A DNA stretch of 64,000 bases from Orbicella franksi (lineage: Eukaryota): contig OZ116707.1 of the NCBI GenBank assembly GCA_964199315.1, positions 18,662,001 to 18,726,000 on the forward strand, given 5' to 3'. Shown here one piece after another: positions 1-11,500 of the stretch. Both the position numbers and the translations under genes were made by a program. The first letter of the stretch is position 1; each line of letters opens with the position of its first letter. The notes below the pieces were generated by a model. It ran no database searches. It was not told where the DNA came from and worked only from the letters and a program-made list of their open reading frames with translations.

Positions 1-1410
1 TATACAGACAGAATTACCTCGCCGCTGAACATCGGCGAGATTTTGGTCGCTTTGTTATACAGACAGAATTACCTCGCCGCTGATCATCGGCGAGATTTTG
101 GTTCCTTTATTATACAGACAGAACTACCTCGCCGCTGAACATCGGCGAGATTTTGTATCCTTTATTATACAGACAGAACTACCTCGCCGCTGAACATCGG
201 CGAGATTTTGGTTCCTTATTATACAGACAGAATTACCTCGCCGCTGAACATCGGCGAGATTTTGGTTCCTTTATTATACAGACAGAACTACCTCGCCGCT
301 GAACATCGGCGAGATTTTGGTTCCTTTATTATACAGACAGAACTACCTCGCCGCTGAACATCGGCGAGATTTTGGTTCCTTTATTATACAGACAGAACTA
401 CCTCGCCGCTGAACATCGGCGAGATTTTGGTTCCTTTATTATACAGACAGAACTACCTCGCCGCTGAACATCGGCGAGATTTTGGTTCCTTTATTATACA
501 GACAGAATTACCTCGCCGCTGAACATCGGCGAGATTTTGGTTCCTTATTATACAGACAGAATTACCTCGCCGCTGATCATCGGCGAGATTTTGTATTCTT
601 TATTATACAGACAGAACTACCTCGCCGCTGAACATCGGCGAGATTTTGGTTCCTTTATTATACAGACAGAACTACCTCGCCGCTGAACATCGGCGAGATT
701 TTGTATCCTTTATTATACAGACAGAACTACCTCGCCGCTGAACATCGGCGAGATTTTGGTTCCTTATTATACAGACAGAATTACCTCGCCGCTGAACATC
801 GGCGAGATTTTGGTTCCTTTATTATACAGACAGAACTACCTCGCCGCTGAACATCGGCGAGATTTTGGTTCCTTTATTATACAGACAGAACTACCTCGCC
901 GCTGAACATCGGCGAGATTTTGGTTCCTTTATTATACAGACAGAACTACCTCGCCGCTGAACATCGGCGAGATTTTGGTTCCTTTATTATACAGACAGAA
1001 CTACCTCGCCGCTGAACATCGGCGAGATTTTGGTTCCTTATTATACAGACAGAATTACCTCGCCGCTGATCATCGGCGAGATTTTGTATTCTTTATTATA
1101 CAGACAGAACTACCTCGCCGCTGAACATCGGCGAGATTTTGGTTCCTTTATTATACAGACAGAACTACCTCGCCGCTGAACATCGGCGAGATTTTGGTTC
1201 CTTTATTATACAGACAGAACTACCTCGCCGCTGAACATCGGCGAGATTTTGGTTCCTTTATTATACAGACAGAACTACCTCGCCGCTGAACATCGGCGAG
1301 ATTTTGGTTCCTTTATTATACAGACAGAACTACCTCGCCGCTGAACATCGGCGAGGTTTTGGTTCCTTTATTATACAGACAGAATTACCTCGCCGCTGAA
1401 CATCGGCGAG
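1..1410. repeat. 55-bp tandem array (25 full units + 1 partial), each unit with a 7-bp hairpin; runs off the window start
   Basis: Unit TATACAGACAGAA(C/T)TACCTCGCCGCTGAACATCGGCGAGATTTTGGTTCCTTTAT starts at 1, 56, 111, 166, 220, 275 ... 1317, 1372 (54-55 bp period). Internal inverted repeat CTCGCCG-N8-CGGCGAG. No unique spacers. Confidence 0.98.
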
Positions 1411-1538
1411 AAAGAGCGTCTATATATGTTAATGTTATTTCGCACATGAAAGTAGTATTCACATATTGAGAACATGGCGAAATTTTTGCCGTTCTGTATA
1501 TTGAAAGAATCACATAATATGTGTTTGTCTGAACGCCG

Positions 1539-1669
1539 CATTTGATGCATGCGTTTTCAGAGCCGAAAACGTCCGGTTTCAAATTCCTCCGGCGTAATGT
1601 GGACGGAAAACAATTGACTGACGCATGCCTTTTCAGAGTGAAACGTCCGCTTTGACTTTCTCCGGCGTA
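1539..1669. mobile_element. partial copy of the PIF/Harbinger-type MITE family also at 31655-31971
   Basis: Contains TTCAAATTCCTCCGGCGTAATGTGGACGG and TTTCTCCGGCGTA, matching the terminal motif of the 31.7-kb element. Confidence 0.6.
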
Positions 1670-2904
1670 TTTTTTTTGTTTTATTAGCTTTGCCTTTATG
1701 ATGCCACAAAAGAAAAAAACAACAAAGCATTACAATCAATATGTAGAGGTTTGGTAGGGACATCGCAACAGCTAAGTAGCCTGTAGCCACGAGAGTTAAA
1801 TTTTTCTGTCTTTGGTCGCCTTTTCTTTTTTGTTTCGTCTTTGTTGTTAAAGGTTAATTTTTTGCCTACCTTTTTTGTGCAGTTTTAAATGCAAATTAGT
1901 TTTTTCACGTCGTGTTATGTACTCGTCTATTGTTTATCACGTAACCTCGTTAAGTTTATTCTTTAAGTTCAAAATTCTGTTTAAAAGCGTTGTAGTTTTT
2001 TAGTTGTATTCAGTCGTTGTCAGTTCCGGAGTGCCGTACAGATCTTGTAAGTAATCTCGTTTTTCCTTTCTATTTTTTGCTGTTTTTCGTATTGTTGTAT
2101 TTTCAGTTTATCTAAGTTTAAGTTCGTATTTATTAATTTCTGTATTTGTTATTTTGGTTCTAAGTGAATCGTTAGAATTAAAGACGAATTCGAAACGTGC
2201 AGGAGTGTTATTTACATAGCCAATTACTGCGGGCCCAGAAATATACGGGCCCCGTATAATAAAAGGAAGCTGTCTGAAATTTTGTCGTGGTAAATAAACA
2301 TGGCAGGGATCACGAAAAATTCTTGTTACACTGATTAAACACTGTGCCATTGAATAAACAATTCAGGATCTCAAGACAAAAGGACTGTATACATGAATTT
2401 TTGGGTTACAAGTTCATAATAAAATGATGTACAATTTAATATCACATTACTCTTGTCGTGTAAGGGTACAGAGCGAATCATTTACTCGACAATAGTCTTC
2501 GAGATAGAGGTACGCGGACGAGCATTTTCCTTTAAGTTATAATATCTGTTTTACATATGTTCAGGTGTACAAGGCAGCGTCCATTTTGGTTAATTTTTTT
2601 TTCTTTTTATCTGGAGAAAAGATTCCTAATACCGTTGATTTAATCAACTCCGCCGAACGAAGCTAACCGATATTTGGACTCTTCAAGGTAAAACTGTTCA
2701 GTGATAAGTGTAAGAACTCCACTTTCGTTGCGTATAAGGAATGAATGTCCTGAAGTAGCTTATATCGTTTTAGAAGGAACAAAGTCTCTAGCTTCGAATA
2801 ATCTGCTGCGAACTTCAGTTATTTACCCTTATAAATATTCGCTCTTAACTTAATATAACTGTGCACTTGTTGACTCGACTGTTTCTTTTTGCAGAAAAAA
2901 AAAA

Positions 2905-4083
2905 ATGCGATTTCTTGGTGTTTTCATCACTTTGTTCCTGGTTGGTTTCACTGTAAGTAGAAGGACACTATTTTCATCTGCGCAAAGTTTACTTAAACTG
3001 AGTTCGTACAACAGAATTCAGCTGATAATTTAAATTATAGCAACCCCATTCAGACGCTCTTATAAGCTTTTGTTTTCGGTCACGCGCCAAATTTCAGAAA
3101 CTCGTAAAAGTCTCCTAAAATATAATTTTACAACACACAGAAAACGTTGAGAGGGTACCACGCAAAATTACTAGTCAACATCTTTTATCTGAAAGGTCAT
3201 ATACACCAAAGTAACATTGCTGCAAGACTATTCATGATCACTTAACCCCCAAAAAGGGTCTCCTCTGTTGGAAATCTTGAATGAACGCCACCAGACGGGT
3301 GTACTTTACAATGGCTATTTTGAGGTTCTTTGTTGTTATTTTTATTATTTTCTTCATCGGCACTCTTTCCGTACCAGCTGTAAGCAGATCAAGCAGTTCA
3401 ACAGCCGAGCACCTAGCGGTATTTACGTCATAAGACCTTTACGCCATGGTTTACCCTTGGTTGTGTACTGTGAGATGGCACTAGGGGGTGGTGGCTTCAC
3501 GTTTCTCCCTCGATCCCTCACTACCAGGTCGGATGCCCAGCGAGTCGTCAATGCTCTTTTCACCGAGAGAAAAAGAGTTCTCTTGAAGCTGCAGCACCGT
3601 GGGCAGCACAAAGAGTCCTACACATTGATCACGCCACACCGCTACTACTGGCGTTACAACTTTGGTGTCCTGGTGAACAGCTACACGGGCTACACGCCGC
3701 CAGTGAACAGGTTCATGCATGACTACATCCTCTTGGGGATCATTCCGAAACATGCAGCGGCACGGCGTGCCATCCAGGGCTTCACCTCCAATCATCGCAT
3801 CGTGCAGTTTAGGAACTGTGATGCCAACCCAAACAGCTTGTTCGCCTTCCTGCCGAATCACTACCACCAAGCCCCTAGCTCTTATCTCGCCAATAACCCG
3901 GTATTTGAACGCCAAGGGGTAGCTGTCGACTGGCGCAATGCAGCTTGGTCCATCACCAATCCTGTCCGCACCATGCCGAACCAGTTCTTCTTCCTGACCG
4001 AATTGCATTTTGGAGGATGCGGCTGTTACACGAGCAGCAACCGCTGGACAAATTATCAAGGCACGGCCATCGGCCTTCGTTAA
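2905..4083 (+). CDS. secreted protein with fibrinogen-related N-terminal motif (SCxxIK...PSGxYxI...VYCEM...GGGFT) and a C-terminal domain ending ELHFGGCGCYTSSNRW
   Basis: Signal-peptide exon 2905-2952 (MRFLGVFITLFLVGFT|GTAAGT). Main exon 3378-4083 follows a strong polypyrimidine acceptor and is open to TAA. The exon phases (0 vs 2) need a linker exon; candidate 3141-3154. Probable 5'UTR exon ending at the donor near 2688, spliced to the acceptor at 2894. Confidence 0.85.
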
Positions 4084-5523
4084 AGCACTCGGCTGCTGAG
4101 AATCCAAAAATAAGCCATTAAATGTAACGGGTTTAGGTTTACTCGACGCTTGTCCGAGAAATGTAAGGGGCTGCTTTAAGAAAATCATGTGCTTATTTCA
4201 AAGTCACGACAATGGAAAAACATAACTTGGGAATAAAATGGAGTGTTAAATATTTGAGATTGTAGGATTGCTATTGTCTCACAACACCCGCCTTCTTCTT
4301 TTCTCCTGTTGTATAGCCTTGTCAGGGAAGACGACAAAGAATCGTGCTAATGGGAAAAATACTCATTTACATCGAGGTTGTTTTTTAAGCCCCGGAATGC
4401 TCAATTTTCGATGAAAAAACCCAAACACTTACCTCCCCTTTATTTGTTGAAGCATTTCAATCAAAATGACGAACTTCTCTAATGCTCAATCGCGAAGTAT
4501 TTTCCAGTCAGCTACCCACACCTCTCAGCAAACAACAGACACGTAGATTTTGAGCACGCAAAATGGATTTCACAGCTTTTAAGACCCTCTTACCTTAATT
4601 ATTTACAGTTTTTGGGCAAATTCCTGATGCAGGAAAAAAAAATGATAGTAAAATCCAAGATATCATAACCTTGGGTGGGAACAGCGGTAGCTATTGAATA
4701 GTCCCATGGGATATTTGATATCCTTCTTTAGTGTTTTCTGACATCTCGTTTCTATTGCCAAGGAGATTTATATTTTCTCCTCTTAAATCGGGATTTATCT
4801 AAACAGTGTTAACGAAAATCTCGCCCATCTCTTTTTTTCTTGCACTCTCCTATCTTCCATTAGGTGCTTTTCTCTATTTTTTTAATCGCTTTGAGTGATT
4901 TTTAGGCCTTGAGGAGTCGTAAAATCAAAGTGTTCAGGTCACTTGGTGTAAAGGGATGCATTTTTCATTGGCACAGTTTTCATAAATCCAGTCATATATA
5001 TTTTCTTTTTCTTTTTTTTTCATAAGAAGTGCTTTGAGTTAACCCTCATTAATAAGAAAGACAGCATGCAGTAGCGACATAAATACAAAGGCACCAGACT
5101 GACACACACTGATTATTCTAGACCTGTTCTCACCAGGAACAGCGTTTCTTCGTCTCTTCTTTCTTTTTGTACAAGCCATAGTATGTACAAAGATGGCGTA
5201 AAATACATTTTGCATTCATTTCTTTCCAAATTCTCAGCATTTCTTGGAAATATTCAGATGATTGCACATGATTGTCATTAAGAAAGTGACTGTCAGTCTT
5301 TGAGCATGGAACCTCTGAAGATTATAGTAGGCTTTTTAAAATTCTTGCCCCTGTCTGTGCCTGCCTATCGTTTTGACGCAGTTTCCAAGGAGAGTTGCCG
5401 CTGTCCTAAACCATTACTCTCAGTTGGTAGACCGATGTAAGCGAATGCTGAGAGAGAAAATGACCTTCTTACTCATCACACTCCTACAGCCTGTGTTCTA
5501 GAAAAGTGTCAATATTCACTTCC

Positions 5524-8500
5524 TCAACTACCGTCATCTTTAGCCTCGTCCCTGTGTTCCAGTGATGAGAACACGTGACCTGTCACGGGGCACACTGTCT
5601 TATTTCTTGCACAGTGTATGTGCGTTGTTACGCCATTGGGGTAACGCGCCACAGCAGGATCATTGAAAGGCCGCCTGCAAGCTTGACATAATCTGAAGAA
5701 AACAAATGCAAATTGTCTCTCAAAAGTGACTAAAACCTGTTCAACTAGCACCCAAAGGAAAGGATTTTCAGTTTGTTTTTTTCATACTTTAACTTTTACA
5801 CTGGCGTTTCGAGAATTTCTTCATCATTGGAGCAAATAGGAGATAGATACTTTATCTGTTACCATGTTGCGCCCTCAATTCCTCCACTAAATTCCACGTT
5901 ATAAAACATCAGCTGTCTAAACATGTAATTTATCGACTTTTAACGGTAGCTAAATAAGGGCTTATCCACCTTTCTTCCGTCACCAAAAGATGCGCTTTAT
6001 GAGATATCATGTGAGAGCTTCGCATCTGAAATAAAAACACACTGCGTTTTAAAACAAAAAATCGTCTCGATAAACGACACATTTCAGAAGTAAAGCGAGA
6101 CATTCTGAAACCTTGGCTGCAGGTAGCACACGAGTGGAAAATCTTATTTACATTGTAGATCGCTTTTCTCTGTGAGATTCCAAGGTACAGTTGAACCTCT
6201 CTACAAAGACAACCTTGGGGTAAGAGGAAGGTGGTCGTTTTAGAGAGGTGGCCGTTAGTGGAAGTTCGACTGTAATTACGGCAGCTTTTCAAAGCACCTA
6301 TGCATTTCTGGTTCGAGGTTTATAACTGAAATATTCAAATACTGGTGCAAAGCGCTCATGCTAATTCGCAAACGATGCGTGTTCAAACACCATATTCAAA
6401 ATGACTTGACTTGCGTGACTTTTCCTGCTCTATTTGATTCTCCGTTCTCGCAATGCATTCATGTTAGGCCTACTGATTGCTTTATCTCTGTCTCTCTTAG
6501 CCAATCAAATGCCATTTCGAACCAGATCGCTTTAGAGCTGGGTTTGTCACGCAACGTCTTGTTTGAATCAAACCCAACATTGAGAAATGTTGTTTGTACG
6601 ACAAAGGATATGTCACGCTAATGTCATGTAAGCTCTTCATTATAAGCATCAAAAGTGTCCTCATCCTCATCTTAGACAAAAGTGTGAAAAAGCGAGTCAA
6701 GTCACACACGAGATGGATTTACAGTAAAGACTTGCCTTGATGTTTTCTCCTCGTGCTAAGCTGCGAAGAATCTTTGTGTTACGACTTCTGTGAAGACTTA
6801 AACGAACTGAGCCACTGAGGAACTGAGAGATCACACCAATGGACCATTCCTCAGGGATCAACTTCATAGCCTGGAAATTACAAAAGACAAAATTCTCTTC
6901 GGTTATAATTATTTGCCAATATATTTCATGCAAATGAAAACTTTTTGTGCGCTCATTTTATACTTCCCGTCTTTAAGTTAAATATGGCACTTCTTAATTA
7001 ATTTCTCTTGATTAGAGCGGTTTCATTTGTGTCTGGTTCTAGTTCGCGTTATGCTGAGGGGTGTGTATTACTACGTTTGAGCGGTTTTCAGTTGAGAGTC
7101 GAAAGTAATCAGGCAATTACTTTGGTTTTGGTTTGGTTTAACTACGGTCTGAGATTGTCTGAGTAGTGGAATGGTTTGTTTGGTTTTGGTTTTACGACAC
7201 TCAATTGAAAACCACTCTCACCGATTGGCTTAAAATTTCGCGCCAATTTGTCATCCAATCATAGTATGATCCAATCAGAAGTAAGACCAAAAGCAATCGT
7301 GACTCGTTCGCACTCGTTTTCCCGCGCATCGCGTCAGCTACATGTAATTACTTTGAGCTTTGATTGGTTCATCAGATTGTCTGCGTACTTTGTGATTGGC
7401 CAGAGTGACTACTTTGATTTTGCTGAAACCGCCCTGACAAAGTTTTCTCAAATTCCTTTGTTATAGCTTGTTTTGGCTTTGTTTTACTAACGTTGCTTGA
7501 TCTACAAAAAGGAAACCCTAACCCTAAGACTGCGCAAAATTCAGACTTATGGTTTTCTGTCACCACTTATCAATCTTACTAAACACACTCAGTTTGAGTT
7601 CATATAATACAGGTGTTTGGCTTGGTCAAAAAAGACACGTAAAAATCCATGGGAAGAACTGAGTAAGAGTACCTCGGCCGTGTCAAAGTCCGCCATGTGT
7701 GAATTCAGAAGTGCAACCGCTGGGGCGATTAATGGATCGCGGTCTCTGTAGGAGGGAATACAAGACTTCAGTGAGAACTAATTTTACAAGTTTGATGACA
7801 GTCGACACAGTAGTTTGTTCCTCTCTTCGTATACTCACTCATCAGGTAATAGGTAAACTTCTAATAGAGTTTGGAAGAGCTTCATTCGAAAGTTTCTGTC
7901 TTTACCCTACAAAGTAGGAAGTGATAATTGAAAAAAATGCAAATTAATGTTATTGAGACCAACACAATACCAGAAGAGCTTAAAAAAAGAAAAGTTTACT
8001 TCACAGTTATTAATCCCTTTTAAGCCTAATGAGCCCATAGCTGTCGGCGCTTAACTCTGGTTTGTGTAGCATGAAGTGGGGAGGAGTATTGCTACCCCCC
8101 TGGATGGATTGTTAGTCCATCGCAGATGGGGGGGGGAGGGGTTAGACCACCGCGTCTCCCCAAAATTATGTTGGTATGGTTGCTAAGTTCATGACTGCCG
8201 CGCGCAAGTAACGAACAGTCAGAGAAGCTGCAAGCAACACTAGGGAGCTACGTGGAAGCGTGAAAGGACGCCTTCGCATTCGTGAAGCGTGGATGCGCGC
8301 ACCCGTGAAATCGTGAGATTTTCCAGGTTTCACTTGGATAAGAACGTTCGTGTTTCGCATTAAGTGTACACTCGCAGAAGAGCAAAAAGTGTGACCACAA
8401 GCATGTTACACCAGTTAATTATTTCATCCAAAGGTTTCGGTTAGTAAAATTGAAGATTTGCGTTAGCTGTTACCTTAGAGTGCAGTTCGCAGAATCTTTC

Positions 8501-11500
8501 AGCTTCTGTGAAATCCTCGAGTTTGTAAACTAAGATCTTGAGAGCTTTACTATGTTGTTCCATCTGAAAGTAACAGAGTATAATCGAAATCAAAATCCCC
8601 TATTTGCACATATGTATTTAAACAATTACTTAGAACTTATTATTGATCTGGTGCAATAATTCGCGTGCGGATGCTTTTGTTTCGGCGGCGAAAACGCGAG
8701 GGGATTGATGAGAAGTCGAGTTGAATTCCCGCTCGCGAATAAGGAAATAAAATGGGAGCTCCCCCGCCAAAAATCAATCGTTTGCGAATCCCGCCATCTA
8801 CACAGGCTAGTTCAGGAGAAACACTTGCTCGTATAAAGAAAAAGAAATAGCCTGCGAGCAGGCTCTTCTGCGGTGAAAGAAAGTAGGAATGGGAAAAGCG
8901 AAGAGCCTGCTCGCAGGCTAAGAAAGAAAATAGCGTCTTGTTCTGATGTCTAATCATTTTAAACTCTATGTTAACTCTGATCCTGGGTTTATCCTGTTTT
9001 GAACAATCGTGTTCAGTTTTGGGAGGGGCGAGGTTGGATCGTTACTAGCGATGGACTAGTACCCTCTCCAGGGCGAGTAGAAATACACTTGGGTCAGCAA
9101 GTTAGGCTTGAATGACTTGGTCAATACAATGAAGACAACTTCGCCAACATGACACAGTATTTCAATATTTATCAAATTGAACGCTGCTCCGTAAACAAGT
9201 TGTTATATTTGAAAATGTGCCATGATCTTTCTCAGTACGAGACAACCAATTATTGCATTACTAACCTTTCCATAAAGAATCGCAGCTTCAGCATCTAAAT
9301 CAGAATCATCATTGATCTTAGACAACAACAGAGTCACTCTGTATAACGAGGACCACTCTAACATGTGGCGTAATTTAGCCCTGCAACAAATCACAACAAC
9401 AAGACACTTTGAGCTGTCCCAAATCAAAACGAAAAGTAATGTATTGCACTGGGCAAATAAAAATACGTTAACCTAAGAAAACTACGTATGCGGCAGTCTA
9501 TACTTTTGCTTTGTACCTTCCTTTAAGACAAACTTTCTTCGATTATTCCAGTTTCTCATGATGGCCAAAAAAAAGAGTCGCCTCAGGAAGTTTTCTTTTT
9601 TTTTTTTCCCGAGGATTGCATTCACCATGAGGTAAAAACATGGGCAAGGATATGATGGTACAGTTGCTGAGAGTAAACATGCTTAATTGTTTCACTTCTC
9701 CACATTTTTTCTTTTGTTTTAAATGTTTCACTATCGTGAGTGCCAAAATTGCTTTGAGAAATGGCACCCACATGTCCGCAAACTTGGCCCTTTTTAGTAA
9801 ACACTCAAAAAAATTATCTGAAAAGAGTAATATTGGTAAAGTATTGAACTTTGAACGAGTGAAAAAGAAAAATTTGTCTGTCAGGTACTTTCCCTGTTTA
9901 TTGTTTGGTTGTCTGTTAATTTGCTTCTATTTTGAGCAAAGTTCAGTCGTTCTGTCGCGGTCACAGACATTTTATGCCACAGAGAACAGAGAAAAGCACA
10001 GACCATCGACGAAACATCTAACTCATCAAGTACACGACACAGAACATAGAACAGGAGCTACGGGGATATAAATGGAACTGATTTCGCACTGTAGGAAACA
10101 TTCATTGCTCATTTGCTTGTTTTTGAACTTCCATTACAGCAACAGTGGTATAAACCTTGCATAGTTTCCGCTTCAACTCATACCTTTGTTTACTGAGATT
10201 GTCAAGGGAGCAAGATGGATCTCGTCTCATTTTCAACACTTCTCCCAGATAAAGAAGCGCCAGATGAGTGTGATATTTCTCTTTCTGAAGAAACAAAAAG
10301 GGAAATATACTGAATGCTACCTGTGCGCGGCAGTAGCTTCGTAGCTTTCATACCCTATATCGACTGTAGCTAATACAAATATTCTAACTTTAAAGCCTAC
10401 AGATGAAAACTAATTAATTAATAGCATAGAGCAGTTTTCATACGTCTTAAAACCAGAACCAAAGTAACGATCACTCTGGCCAATCACAAATTACGCAGAC
10501 AATCCAGTGAAGCAATCAAAACTCAAGACGAGGCGCGGGAAAACTAATGCAAGCGAGTCACGATTGGTTTTGGTATAAATTCTGATTGGACGACAAAGTG
10601 GCGCGAGATTTTTAAGCCAATCGTTTAACGTGGCAATGCAAAACCAAAGAAAATGCGCATTGCTTTCGACACTCACGCGAAAACCACTCCATAAAAAGTG
10701 GACGAGCAACAAGTAAGCAAATAATTGACGACGAAATTTTGGTACAAAATGATGAAGGCAAGTTACTAAACAAACCTCTAATTTTTTGTCAAACACGAGA
10801 TATTCGAGGTATTGCTGAAGAGCCGCGGGAAACCTTTGAAGGTATTCCACTATCAAGTCTGGTCTTAGCTTCTCATCGTTAGGAGATTCATCTGTTGGTC
10901 TATCAGTAAAAACCTAGAACCATGATCCAAAAAAATGTCACTGAGCATTGAAGGAGACAAATGGTTCATCTATTCCAGTTTCCACAGCACGAAGTTATTA
11001 GGAGTATTAAGTGTTACCTCCCACCCGATGGGATGCTTGTTCACCGAAGGACCCCCCGGAATTTTGTAAGATTACTTTCAGCAATAGCTTGCCAGTTCCC
11101 ATTTATACTCCTGGGCAGAGAGAGGCACTACAGGTGAGAGTAGTCACAGTCTTGCCCAAGAACACAACACAATGAACCTGGTCCAAAACCCCTGTTGATC
11201 TGGAGTGTGGTGCATTTACTATTCGACCACAGCGTTTCCCAAAAGACGCCTGCTCAAAAATGACTGAACACAGAATGAACACCACACCACGCTGACAAGG
11301 TAAAGGGTCGAGAAAAGGACGTTTTCATATCAGTGATACAAGTGCGCTTGCAGGGGTCACATAGGAAAGGTTAAGTCTGCATACGAGCCAAGCGGTCCAT
11401 AAGGCAGGTACTTATCCCGGTTTCAGTAGCATGAAGTGTCTAGGAGTATTTTTACTCCCCCCTGGATCGGATGCTACGGTCCATCGCAGGGTTACTCCAG

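Noticed and set aside
1-1410. CRISPR array (palindromic repeat at regular spacing)
   Set aside because: The sequence between hairpins is the same in every unit (no unique spacers), there are no cas genes, and the context is spliceosomal eukaryotic DNA.
2108-2350. 80-aa minus-strand ORF as a gene
   Set aside because: No recognisable family, non-ATG start, no linked exons found, and it lies in the upstream region of the plus-strand gene.
3311-3433. 40-aa ORF with an apparent signal peptide (MAILRFFVVIFIIFF...)
   Set aside because: The hydrophobic stretch is just the T-rich polypyrimidine tract of the 3377 acceptor read as codons.
3481-4188. 235-aa minus-strand ORF
   Set aside because: Antisense shadow of the GC-rich plus-strand exon; no domain features.
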